Part shown: piece after piece, positions 43,605 through 53,370 of the stretch
How positions within the stretch are numbered: the stretch's first letter is position 1
How the letters are laid out: each line of letters begins with the position of its first letter
From: Bacteroidota bacterium
GTDB taxonomy: Bacteria; Bacteroidota; Bacteroidia; Chitinophagales; BACL12
Reading direction: 5' to 3'
Assembly: GCA_016706255.1 (NCBI GenBank)
Contig: JADJJZ010000006.1
Location: 486,022-550,021, forward strand
DNA length: 64,000 bases
Notes under the pieces: generated by a model
Told to the model about the DNA's origin: nothing
Seen by the model: the letters and a program-made list of their open reading frames with translations, nothing else
Database searches by the model: none
Made by a program: the position numbers and the translations under genes

Positions 43605-43610
43605 AAAGTA

Positions 43611-43883
43611 TTAATCTTTCTTCTTGATCTCAATCTCAGTAGTCCCGTCTTTAATCTCGATGCTGGTTTTGTTGTCACCATTTTTGTTTCCACTTTCGCA
43701 CCTTTTTCGCCAATAATGATTTCGGTAGATTTTTTGAGGGTCTTTTGTTTCTACTTCAACTGTTTTAGTTTCTGTAGTTGTTGTGGTTTCAGGCAGGGTT
43801 TCGGTTTCATCTACTTTCTTTTCAGAGCAAGACGCTAACACACCGGTAATTATTACTATAATGAATATTTTGATTTTTCTCAT
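43611..43883 (-). CDS. Small lipoprotein (hypothetical)
   Basis: MRKIKIFIIVIITGVLASC lipobox; Thr/Glu-rich. Confidence 0.4.
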   Translation of the reverse strand: MRKIKIFIIVIITGVLASCSEKKVDETETLPETTTTTETKTVEVETKDPQKIYRNHYWRKRCESGNKNGDNKTSIEIKDGTTEIEIKKKD

Positions 43884-44151
43884 TTACCAAAGTTACTCTA
43901 TTTAAGGCAGCATTTGCGTTTTGCGGTGCATTGTTTGATTATTTATTAGAAAGTAACCATTGAGGGATGTCTTATAAGTGGTTTTGTTGCAAAAATTTAT
44001 TATACTTCACAAAACTTGGCGAAAAATGAGATTCGAATTTTATTTGTTAAGCAACGGTAGTCTTATTTCTAGCCACATACAAAAGCATCTTCTTTTATAT
44101 GCATTTTTGCATTGTATTTGTAGGTTTGAAATCTAAGATTAATCCGATTAT

Positions 44152-44457
44152 TTAATGCATATGATGATGCTTTAGTTGGCAATATACTTCAATAACATAA
44201 TATGGAACAACATATAATAAATGGTCTTCATAATGATGTGGCATTAATTCATCACTTCCAATACCAACATCCTTTGTTAAATCAATCCCTAATTCTTTAT
44301 CAAGTCCTTTAAATTCATTTATGATGCTTTTTTAGTTGACCTAAATAATTTTGACAATCATTACAATTACATATAAAAGCCGGCTTATCCATATAATAAT
44401 CTACTGTGGATTGACATCAACATTTAAAATTATATTTCCGATTGCGATTTGTGTCAT
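44152..44457 (-). pseudogene. Cassette ORF (Cys-rich hypothetical), 2 frame disruptions
   Basis: ATG lies 8 nt after the GTCATAAC core. Pieces MTQIAIGNIILNVDVNPQ / YMDKPAFICNCNDCQNYLGQLKK / IINEFKGLDKELGIDL...HHHMH. Confidence 0.45.
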
Positions 44458-44465
44458 GGTTATTG

Positions 44466-44536
44466 GTTATGACGGTTTCGGGCTTTGCTATGGTCGACTT
44501 TTGAAACCAAAAACTGTCTCCCAGCACCATCATTAA
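44466..44536 (-). repeat. attC-like site (short, degenerate)
   Basis: Minus strand: TTAATGATGGTGCTGGGAG ... AGCCCGAAACCGTCATAAC. The arms are mutually complementary with bulges. Confidence 0.4.
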
Positions 44537-44853
44537 TTAATTAATCAAATTTTTTTTTTATACTGCCTGCTAACAAAGGCAAACCAATATTAGCAGGCAT
44601 TATTTCTATCCTTTTATAAATTTGTCGATTTTTCTTTTGTAAACATACCGATTGTTGTAAAACCTTTGCATTTTCTTCAATATCTCCGTTTTCTTGTCAA
44701 AGTGTGCATGCGCATTTGGTCATTTACAAAAATATTTATTTCGTCTATGCTGTCTGAAACATAAAAGTCAAATATGTTTCTGTTACCACCAAAAGGATAA
44801 AGCGATAGATGCTTACTAGTCAATTCGTTTTTTGGGATTTTTTACAAATCCAA

Positions 44854-45264
44854 TTAAAAAGTCCGCATGGTAAATATTTTATTACTGATTGTGTCCTGAA
44901 ACCGTATACTGAACCATTCTTGCTGTTCACCCCTCCAGTCAAACCATTTGATATAAAGTGTGTCACTGTGACCTGTTGAAGAAATTGTCTCAACACGGTT
45001 GTGATTATTAGTTGTGTCGAAAGTCAAAAAATATTTTTGATTTGTTTCAGTAAATACACCTTCTCCATACCAATATTGCATATCATCAGTACCACTATAT
45101 TGTATGAAAGTCCCAAAGTTGTCAGATTTGTTTTTTTAAATAAAAATATAATTGTTTGAAAACATTGATGCGTTCTCCTGTAGGTAAATAGTTGTGTCTT
45201 GCGCGAATAATTGCCCAATGACAGCCATGAATAATATTGTAAATATGATATTAAGTCGTTTCAT
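44854..45264 (-). pseudogene. Cassette ORF, secreted hypothetical, disrupted
   Basis: Signal peptide MKRLNIIFTILFMAVIGQLFAQ, then a stop inside an A-run near 45135. Coding-like frames continue down to about 44600. Confidence 0.45.
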
Positions 45265-45275
45265 TTATTAATGAC

Positions 45276-45367
45276 TGCTGACGGTTTAACACTTTGCGTT
45301 TTGAAAGCACTTCACTATCTTCCTCACAAACTTAATAAAAATTTCTACACTTGCTGTGCGGTTAGAA
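45276..45367 (-). repeat. attC-like site
   Basis: Minus strand starts TTCTAAC (45367-45361) and ends AAACCGTCAGCA (45276-45282). The next ATG is 11 nt downstream. It shares the ACGGTTT arm with the sites at 44466, 46630 and 59360. Confidence 0.45.
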
Positions 45368-45398
45368 TTTTTATCACTTCCATATTTTTTAATGAGTT

Positions 45399-46163
45399 TT
45401 AATAATGGAAATACTTTTCTCTCAATTGGTTTATCCAACGTTTTTCTTTATTGTCAGACTGCGCATTTGCGATATCATTTTGATCGTCTGCATGATTATT
45501 CAATTCTAAATCAAAACTTTCGTTTTCGTCTGGTGGTTGTTTCAAGTCTGCACCACCTTTGTGTGCAAATTGAATATAGTTTTTTGGTGGTGTAGGTAAT
45601 TTACTTTCACATTCTTTGAACAGAGATTTACCAGTAGAGGTAGAATGTCAGTACTACTGTTAACGAAATCCAAAGTTGATTTGTTTGCTCATAAGTCATG
45701 GACTTGTCACAAACACAACATTTTACAGTGTCGCTAAAATACCTAACTGGATTGTCTTTTAATGAGGGAAATTCCATTCTGTTTTCCAATTACCAACCAA
45801 AGCTCTAGTGCTTACTCTGCTGTGTTTAAGATTTTTACACCTTGTAATTTCATAAGGAAACCAATTTTAATTCATATGAAGTATATGGATCGAAATATTC
45901 AAGTAATTCCATTTCACCAATTTCCGGTGGAATACGTTTTAACTTACTGCCATAAAGCCAAACCTTTTTAACTTTTTTTAGTTTTGATATTGTCTCCGGT
46001 AATATGTTTATTTGGGCAAACAATTTTTCTCCAGGCTCTTCTACGGGGAAAATTCGTCACTGTTTTCTGCCGCAACCTTTTCAACATAATCGCAAAGTTT
46101 TTTCCAGGCAACAGAATTTCTGTCTTGAATATCATGCTCTATTTTGGACATATTTTTAACCAT
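45399..46163 (-). pseudogene. Cassette ORF: leucine-rich-repeat protein, several frameshifts
   Basis: ...LPETISKLKKVKKVWLYGSKLKRIPPEIGEMELLEYF... and ...FPSLKDNPVRYFSDTVKCCVCDK... are read in shifting frames. Confidence 0.55.
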
Positions 46164-46199
46164 TGTTTGTTTTTGCTTGGCAATGCGTCTATCCTTGTT

Positions 46200-46272
46200 A
46201 CTAAAGTTTTGGCGCTTGGCGAAGAATCGTATTTCAAAGCTATAATTCGTTTGCTTTTTTTTATTGTTACCT
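46200..46272 (-). repeat. attC-like site (truncated member of the TTTTGGCGCTT family)
   Basis: The stop TAA of the upstream ORF lies inside AGGTAAC. The plus-strand arm ACTAAAGTTTTGGCGCTTGGCGAAGAA resembles ACGACGTTTTGGCGCTTGACGAAAAA at 56543. Confidence 0.4.
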
Positions 46273-46612
46273 GTCAATTATTTTTATGTCCATTGATTCA
46301 CAATAACTTCGAATATATTCTTCTGTCCATCTATTTCCGTATTTTTGTCCAAGGCTTTGTGACACTTTTATATTATTGTCTTCAATTTCTTTTGTCATAT
46401 TACAACCCACACATTCTATTTTAAAACCATATTTTGTCTCAGGATGGTCAAGATTACAAAATGGACAACCGTCGCCCACATAAAATATATCAATGCAATA
46501 TTTTCGAGCGAATCCTTATTGTTTTATGCACTGTACTATCCGTCTGCCCATAACTACTTTGGCTAAGTGACAGCAATGTTGCGGTCAAGAATATTGTTGT
46601 CCACTTTGTCAT
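46267..46612 (-). pseudogene. Cassette ORF: secreted Cys-rich protein, one frameshift
   Basis: Signal peptide MTKWTTIFLTATLLSLSQSSYGQ starts 17 nt after the core at 46630-46636. The C-terminal 70 aa are in ORF 46267-46479. Confidence 0.5.
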
Positions 46613-46629
46613 TGTCGTTTTTGAATTGG

Positions 46630-46759
46630 TGCTAACGGTTTCAGGCTTAGCGTTCGTGTGCTTTTAAAAGCGAAAATTTTCTGAATTACCAAAGTTAATT
46701 AATTGCACAAATGTTTCTATGTGCACTGTTTACCCAATAACGCAAACCCCATATTAGGC
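46630..46759 (-). repeat. attC-like site
   Basis: Minus strand: GCCTAAT-ATGGGGTTTGCGTTATTGGG ... CGAACGCTAAGCCTGAAACC-GTTAGCA. It begins 4 nt after the stop of ORF 46764-47078. Confidence 0.6.
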
Positions 46760-46763
46760 GCAG

Positions 46764-47078
46764 TTAATTCCTTTTGTCTCCGCATGCAGCACAGAATGTC
46801 GCTTGTTTTGTCCTATATGGTTTGCCACAGCTTTCGCATGGTGGTCCATACTTTTCTATTCTGTGGTGCATTATTGCATTTGGCTCAGTTTCCTGAAAAC
46901 CTGTTACTTCAAAATAGTATTTCAAAAGTTCTTTAAATCGTTCTGGTTTATTGCTTAGACTGACCCCACTATTATTCATTCCTTTTCTATAAAGTAGATA
47001 GGCCTTTTGAAATTCATCTTCGTCAAGCATAGGAATTTCCATTTTACAACGCCAACACCAAAGTTTTTCATTCTTCAA
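46764..47078 (-). CDS. Cassette ORF: small zinc-ribbon protein (hypothetical)
   Basis: 104 aa, intact. CWRC ... CESCG ... CAACG cysteine pairs. Confidence 0.55.
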   Translation of the reverse strand: MKNEKLWCWRCKMEIPMLDEDEFQKAYLLYRKGMNNSGVSLSNKPERFKELLKYYFEVTGFQETEPNAIMHHRIEKYGPPCESCGKPYRTKQATFCAACGDKRN

Positions 47079-47325
47079 TTTCCATTTTAGGTGCAGTAAT
47101 TCTCATATTTCAAGTATTATATCCAACACACCCTGTAAGGCGAAGTTAATGTCTTTCCCAGTTTTTTATGTTGGCTACTAAAATTTCAAATTCGATAATT
47201 TTCGTATGGTCTACTGAATAGTCTTTTTGGAAAATTATTTTGCCATTAGCGAACAATATTGGATTTACAAAACCTTTTCTGCAATAGATATTTTGCATGT
47301 TTCCTGTTTATTAAATGAACTAAAG

Positions 47326-47580
47326 TCAGTGCAGTCTTTGTTCAGCGCCTTCGCTAAGGTATTTGTCGAAGTCAACCTTTTTCCAAAGGTCATTTTCGGA
47401 GATAAAGAATTCTAATTTCTCTGCTTCTTGCTTTTTGACAAGCTCAAAGTCTTTAATTTCTTCGCTTGTTGACGAGCCTTTCGCAAGGTAGTTGGTGATT
47501 GTTTGGATAGTTGCTCCAAACCTAACTTCGCCCTTTCCTGAAAAGAGATTTTGTAAATCATTTTTGATGCTTTTATGCAA
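47326..47580 (-). CDS. Cassette ORF fragment (hypothetical; possible decayed kinase-like gene continuing to about 47145)
   Basis: 84-aa ORF ending ...YLSEGAEQRLH. A further 50-codon ORF (MQNIYCRKGF...) follows in another frame. Confidence 0.35.
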   Translation of the reverse strand: MHKSIKNDLQNLFSGKGEVRFGATIQTITNYLAKGSSTSEEIKDFELVKKQEAEKLEFFISENDLWKKVDFDKYLSEGAEQRLH

Positions 47581-47640
47581 GACTCAAAGTAAGCACATTT
47601 TTTAATAAGTGCAAATGCCGATAGGTGGCGGTGAAATAAC

Positions 47641-47753
47641 CGGTAACGTATTGCAGCTACAAGTTGTGCCGCCATCCGTGAAGTTAAATGGTATAAGTCC
47701 ACCAAAACTTACAATACCGAAATGCGCGGCATAACTTGTCGGTGCTGTTAGGC
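47641..47753 (-). repeat. attC-like site
   Basis: Minus strand: GCCTAAC-AGCACCGACAAGTTATGCCGC ... GCGGCACAACTTGTAGCTGCAATAC-GTTACCG. It begins 5 nt after the stop of ORF 47759-48058. Confidence 0.85.
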
Positions 47754-47758
47754 GTAGT

Positions 47759-48337
47759 TTATTTAAATACGGGTTCAATGTCGTCGATCGTCCAATGTTG
47801 TCCGAGCTTACTTAATTGATATTTGTAATGATAGTCCGAAGGGAAATTAACTAATATTTCAGCAGAATTGGCGTCCTTTTTAAGAACGTCAAAATTAATT
47901 TTGTCCAACTCAGAAAGTCCGGGGTCTTCTTGACTGAATAAGATAAAATCGTATTCGAATCCTTCAGGCGGTCCGTCATTTGCTGGATGATCTTTAAACT
48001 GCTTGTCACACTTTTTAAAGTAGTCACGCCATTTGTCCGAATATTTATTTGAAAGCATGCCTGTCTCGGTTAGCGTCTTAAGATATTTTCTGTTGCAGGA
48101 AAGTTTAGCGTAAAATTTAGTTGAGTCCCATTCAGCGCCTGAATTACCGAAACTAAGTCACTGGCTAAATTAGTCCCATTGTCCTTGTACCATTTGAGGA
48201 AATTTAAAATTGTAGTCTCAGGGCTTGATTCGGCCTCAGATGTCACAAGTCGTCGACGCAGAATTTGTATTGTCTGCAGTCCTTGAACAAGAAAAAAATG
48301 TCCAGATTAATAATATGAAAATTGATGTCCTCTTAAT
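47759..48337 (-). pseudogene. Cassette ORF: lipoprotein (DUF3828-like), disrupted
   Basis: The lipoprotein signal ...SIFILLIWTFFSC starts immediately after the core at 48341-48347, with no canonical ATG. Frames shift before the intact 99-aa C-terminal ORF. Confidence 0.5.
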
Positions 48338-48340
48338 TAC

Positions 48341-48471
48341 GCCTAACGTTATGCAGATTTGCGACGGCGGGTCAGGCAACCGAAAATCTTTAATAAAATA
48401 CGAAGTTTTAGGTTATCGAAAATTAATCTGAGGATGGCGTCGCCCCGCTGGCGCAAATGTGCTTGTTAGCG
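48341..48471 (-). repeat. attC-like site
   Basis: Minus strand: CGCTAAC-AAGCACATTTGCGCCAGCGGGG ... CCCGCCGTCGCAAATCTGCATAAC-GTTAGGC. The TAA stop of ORF 48466-48714 lies inside the inverse core. Confidence 0.85.
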
Positions 48472-48763
48472 GTTGTTTTTCTTGATTAAAATTCTTGCAA
48501 AATGCACCGCCATTATTATTAAGATTTGTATAGGTAAAGCAATAAAAAACACAGGCCCAGCAAATATAAAGGGAGAATTTTCATTATCAAAAATAAAGAG
48601 AGCCAAAGGATAACCAATATTCCAAACAAAATGATTTGGATCAGAGCCTGTATACCTAAATTGCGGCACATTAAATTCAGGATAAAAGTCTATAATCGCA
48701 AAAAATAATTGCAAAAATGATTAACCATTTTAACCAGGGCTTCCTTTTGCTTTTCACTATCAT
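48466..48763 (-). pseudogene. Cassette ORF: small membrane protein, one frameshift in a T-run
   Basis: MIVKSKRKPWLKWLIIFAIIF... joins the 82-aa ORF (…FAIIDFYPEF…) after a 1-nt shift. Confidence 0.5.
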
Positions 48764-48904
48764 ATTTTTAATTCTGCTTCTCTATACAAAATTGGATTTA
48801 ATTTATGTTTATTTGGTTAATAAAATAAATCTCCAATCGTCTCATTCGATTTGCCGTATTAGTTGAAGGATTCATTTCATAGTACCCATATTGTTCTGAA
48901 TTAC

Positions 48905-49036
48905 CGCTAACGTTTTGCAGCTACAAGAAGTTGGCGATTTCGGAGACGAAAACTGTCTGCCAGCACTGAACTTGATACGAAGCACAAAGCTTCATTTAAC
49001 CACTGAACCGCCAATTTCTTGTAGGTGCTGTTACAG
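48905..49036 (-). repeat. attC-like site
   Basis: Minus strand: CTGTAAC-AGCACCTACAAGAAATTGGCG ... CGCCAACTTCTTGTAGCTGCAAAAC-GTTAGCG. The central TTAAATGAAGCTTTGTGCTTCGTATCAA is shared with 56543-56672 and 57385-57515. Confidence 0.85.
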
Positions 49037-49215
49037 GCTGGCGTTTTTTCTGTCGTGGTTTTTCTGTCCATTGTTATTGTCGTTTTTTGTGCGTTGGTTA
49101 GAAAGCTCTTTTGCAATTTTAGGTTTGCGAGTCGCTTGTGCGAATTGCAAATGTGCTTTTGGAGCGAAGGACCTTCCAAAATATAATGGTTAGTTAATTT
49201 CTTTTGCAATATCAT

Positions 49216-49995
49216 TCAGCCAACCAGAAGAAATGGCATAGCGTCTAAGGCCAAGAATTCAATTTCAGAATTTTTAGAGTCAATTACAAAATTTCTTATT
49301 GTCGTTTCAATAGCTATTTTTTTATCTTGGTCATTGTCATAAGAAAGAGCAACGTCTCTTAAATGTTCTCTAAATCTATCTAAAAGACTCCGTCTATTGT
49401 CGTTTAAGTCCTTTCTATCAATTTTGCACTTTTCGATTGTATAAGCAAATCTCACATTATCAGATTCAATAATTCCATTAACTTGAAATCTAATTTCACC
49501 AGAAGAATCGGTTATTTCAGGATTCACCATTTTTGGCAACTCAACTAAATCATAACTAGCAGAACTATTATTAATACTTCGCAAATTAGCTTCAGTGTTA
49601 TTAAAAGTAACTGCGGTACCTTCTAATTCAAAATTCACACCTTTGTTTTGGTTACATGTCGGACAAGATAACATTAAGTTGTCCCAAGAGAATGCAAGCC
49701 AATAGTAAGTAGCTTTAGGTCTATAATGTTCAACGTGATATTGCTCAACTTTTTGCTCACAAAAAGCACATGTACCTTTATAGATTGAAGTTAATCCGCT
49801 GCGGATTTCGGCCAACTTATATCTATCATTAAAAGGGGAAGTATCATTGTATGCTCCCGCATTAATAACAGACATCCTTTTTTCATGGGTTGTTCTGGAT
49901 TTTATTGGGACTCTTACTTGTCCTGGAAATAGATCAATAAACGCAGGTATTAGAGAAGCGGGAATTGCTGTCAGGTCTTTTTCTAGCTTGATCAT
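49216..49995 (-). CDS. ptuB: HNH endonuclease, PtuB-like (TIGR02646-type)
   Basis: 259 aa. CAFCEQKVEQYHVEHYRPK ... WDNLMLSCPTCNQNKG HNH core. Its start overlaps the ATPase stop by 4 nt. Confidence 0.75.
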   Translation of the reverse strand: MIKLEKDLTAIPASLIPAFIDLFPGQVRVPIKSRTTHEKRMSVINAGAYNDTSPFNDRYKLAEIRSGLTSIYKGTCAFCEQKVEQYHVEHYRPKATYYWLAFSWDNLMLSCPTCNQNKGVNFELEGTAVTFNNTEANLRSINNSSASYDLVELPKMVNPEITDSSGEIRFQVNGIIESDNVRFAYTIEKCKIDRKDLNDNRRSLLDRFREHLRDVALSYDNDQDKKIAIETTIRNFVIDSKNSEIEFLALDAMPFLLVG

Positions 49996-51778
49996 TTTTT
50001 TCCTAATTCATCATTAATAATTCGTTGAATTAATTCATCTATTTCATCGTCTTTGATGAATCCCTTGCCAGCCGCTTTTTGCTTTTCAAGTTCAACTTCC
50101 AGTTTTTTATTAATCCTGTATAACAAATAAGTTTCACTTGTATCAGAATTATTATCCTCAGTATTCATTCTAGAATCATCTAATCCAAATAGCGGAGATG
50201 TTAGAAGTGAGTTAATCATCAAATGATCTAAATTTTTGCGTAAATAAGGATCACTCACTCTCGTTTTACCGTCTTCTTTGTTTCGATAAACTCTAAACAT
50301 AATTGCATCTTCAGATGCTCCTTGAATGATTGTTGGGCTATGAGTAGTGAAAATAAACTGAACATTTGGAAATAGTTTTCTCAATTTGCCAATTATTACT
50401 CTTTGCCATTTTGGATGTAAGTGTAAATCAATTTCGTCTAATAAAACTATACCCTTTAAATCTGTAGGCGTATTTCCTTCGCCAGCATTTTTATTCAATC
50501 TATATAACAAGTCAGACACAAAAATTAAGATACTTTTGTAACCTTCCGATAGTTGATCAAATGTCAGAATCGTTCCTTTCTCCTTAAAAGTTACACCGCT
50601 TCCTTCGATCTTTATTTCAACATTTTTTTCCAATAAATCGAAAAACATTTTTTCAAGTAGTTCGACAGGGAATGAATTTGGTAGTTCTTTAATTTCACCA
50701 ATTGAATTATTTGCATCAAGATTTTTTTCTAGTTCTAATAATTTTTGGTCTTTTAACCATGAAACGGGATTCACTAGTGTTTGCTCGCTATCGAAAAGCG
50801 ACATAAAACCATATTCTTCTGGTTTATCAGTAGAATATCTTCCCGATGAGTTCCATAAGCAAAGAAATTATTCAAAATATTCCCTTTTTTGGGATTGTAT
50901 TCTTGGCCTTTATCATCAACACCAGACAGTCTGATGTTTTTATTATTTCTTATAATATCTGCGGCTTTTCCCGTTCCTTCAAGATCTGTCTTTTCGGTGA
51001 TAGAGTTTCCGTTAAAGGCAAGATAAATTCCCATCAGTATTAAAGATTTCCCATCTCCATTTTCTCCTAAGAAATAAATCTCCTTTGCTTTGTTGAAATT
51101 CAGATTTGTTTCTTCAACCGAAAAGAAGTCAGCAATCTCGACTTTTTCTATATAATTACTTTCATTGTCAATTACACCCTCCAGCCAAGACCTAAATTGA
51201 TCTTCAGAAATACTTAGGGCTTTATGGAAATTATTTGAAAAACATATTCTATAAAAATCATCGTCTCCGATTGCAACATTTGTAAACCTTGAGATGCGCT
51301 CAAGTAAAACTTGTTTAAAAAGTTTACCGACATTCGTGTTCTGTAATATTGGAGTAAAATCGTATGGAACATCTTGTGTACGCCTGTAAATAGGTTTAGC
51401 TGCCCCAGATTCTATTAATGCACTTCTAATATTTGTATATTGTTTCCCTGACTCGATTTTAAAAACACCTTTCATATCCCCAGTAGAATACTTCGAGGCG
51501 AATTCATCAACGATTTCCCCATGTGTAAAAAGTGTTGCGAATAAAGCAAAGAGTTTTTTTTCGTTAGGGTAATTCTGAATTTCAATCCAATAGCTTGGAA
51601 TAGGATCTTCAAGTGAATTAATTCCAAGAAAAGATTTAAGAATAGCTTCGTTAATAATAGCTTTTTTGCTTTTGAAATCTTCTATTATTTGCAAGCTTTC
51701 TATCACTTCCATAACTTGGACAATATCATACTTTGTCCAAGATGTTCTTTGTCTTTTGAAATCAACTTCAATACTCAT
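49992..51778 (-). pseudogene. ptuA: PtuA-like ABC/AAA_15-21-type ATPase with a ~220-aa uncharacterised N-terminal domain; one frameshift
   Basis: Walker A FLGENGDGKSLIL (ORF 50774-51778). Q-loop region, Walker B plus signature VLLDEIDLHLHP and THSPTIIQ (ORF 49992-50804). The frames join near the G-run at about 50855 (…AYGTH / GRYSTDKPEEYGFMSLFDSE…). Confidence 0.75.
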
Positions 51779-51781
51779 GAC

Positions 51782-53015
51782 TTATTTGCGTTTTGCGATT
51801 ATAAGATACTCTTGAACACTTCTACTTTTATCATCTTTTCTACCCATTATGTGTGTTTATATGCAACTTCTTTATAGTCTACATCATAATTATTACCCAG
51901 ATTCTTTTTAGCAATATCAATAATTTCATCTAAACTAATCATCCCCGTATTGCTATAGCTTAAAATTAAACTTGAGTTCTTAATTTTAATTTTTGCAAAC
52001 ATTTTTGCAAAAGCAGGTTTCACTTCTGTTCTCTTGCAGAAAGGGGATTGATGTCGATCTGATACCGACCTTTAAAATCAACTTCTGGATAATCATATTT
52101 TACTAATGTTTCCAACGCATGATAAAATCTTGAATAGTGGACGAAAGCATATGGCGGATCAGCATATACCAAAGAATTGGGTTCAATTTGGTCGAGACAT
52201 TCAAGATAATCTAACGATGTAACCTTATGATTTAAATTGTTCTTATCAAGATAGCCATGCAATATTTTGAACTTATTTATGAAATAAGGCAACATTTCCT
52301 TTTGTCTATAAATTAGAATGTCTGTCTTTGATGACAAGTTTGTCGCATCACGATATTGTGCATAATGACCCGTACTTTGAGAATTATATGACATCGCAAA
52401 CATTAGACTAGAGGATAACATAATGTAAAGGTGTATTTTTATATTCGTCAGCGACTTTACGAAGTGCATCTATCCATAAGCATTGCTGATACGACCAGTA
52501 AGTTCCAGAATAATATTTAATGAAAAGATGGTGTGATAAATTACCAAAATTAAATTCCATTAAATCTTGCTGTTGTTTTTCCAGTTCTACAAATTCTTTT
52601 ATCGTTTTCTTTTCTGAATAGGAAAAAACAAAATCGGGATATTTTTTTTTGACGGATTTTACATATTTAGTAGCCTTTTCAACAATTTCATCTAATATAT
52701 TTGATGGATATTTATCCCACTCGTAATTCGATAAATATGTATTTGCAGTATTGCCGAATATTCTTGAATGTCGTTGGAATGAATAGGAATTAACTTTCCT
52801 AATGCCCCTGATAAAATACTTGTTCCACCAAATAAGTCACACAACTTACCTTCTCGATATGTATCATTAATTGATTCTATAACAAAATCTAAGATATTTC
52901 TTTTTGATCCCATATATTTTATAATATGAGGAACACTCCTGTCGTATTTAGAAAGTAAATCAGGTTTCAAATTTCCTTCTAGAATTATAATGTCTAATGT
53001 TGCTGCTCTGCTCAT
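51782..53015 (-). pseudogene. DNA adenine methyltransferase (D12/Dam family), at least 3 frame disruptions
   Basis: N-terminal YMGSKRNIL and DLFGGTSILSG (SAM site), VYADPPY catalytic motif, and C-terminal ...ILSYSNTGMISLDEI...VQEYLIIAKRK in a third frame. The stop is 4 nt before the ATPase ATG. Confidence 0.8.
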
Positions 53016-53020
53016 TGTTT

Positions 53021-53242
53021 TTATTGAGTGTATTCTAATCTTTGTAGGAAAAGTGGTTCCCTCACATCAACATCTAGAACTTCTGCGATTTCAAAAAGTG
53101 TTTCCATTGTCGGTTGCATTTGGTTTGTACACCACTTAGAAACTGTAGTCCTGTTTTTGCCTAATTCTTCAGCAAGCCAGTTATTGGTTTTTCCCTGTTC
53201 CGCTAAAACAGCTTTAATCCGATTACACGCCTTTTTCTTCAT
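53021..53242 (-). CDS. XRE-family HTH regulator (controller-protein-like)
   Basis: 73 aa. ...KTNNWLAEELGKNRTTVSKWCTNQMQPTMETLFEIAEVLDVDV.... The stop is 6 nt before the methyltransferase start. Confidence 0.75.
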   Translation of the reverse strand: MKKKACNRIKAVLAEQGKTNNWLAEELGKNRTTVSKWCTNQMQPTMETLFEIAEVLDVDVREPLFLQRLEYTQ

Positions 53243-53265
53243 AAAAGAAGTCTTTTACATTAATT

Positions 53266-53286
53266 ATTCTGCAAAATAAGCAGAAT
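53266..53286. promoter_or_regulatory. Candidate operator (C-box-like inverted repeat)
   Basis: ATTCTGC-AAAATAA-GCAGAAT, 24-44 nt upstream of the HTH gene start. Confidence 0.4.
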
Positions 53287-53370
53287 CTGACAACTCTATT
53301 TTGTTCACATTCAGTCTAAAAGCTAAATAATATGCTTAATTAGTATCATAATTCGTCTATTGAGCATAAA

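Noticed and set aside
44558-44600. Hairpin GCCTGCTAA-N16-TTAGCAGGC as an additional short attC site
   Set aside because: It has only a 9-bp stem and contains no inner L-box-like second stem. It is flanked by a T-run on the plus strand, so it is equally consistent with a simple terminator, and was left uncalled.
48907-49215. ORFs 48907-49215(-) and 48915-49193(+) downstream of the HNH gene
   Set aside because: They run through the attC-like palindrome at 48905-49036 on both strands and lack coding character. They are likely spurious.
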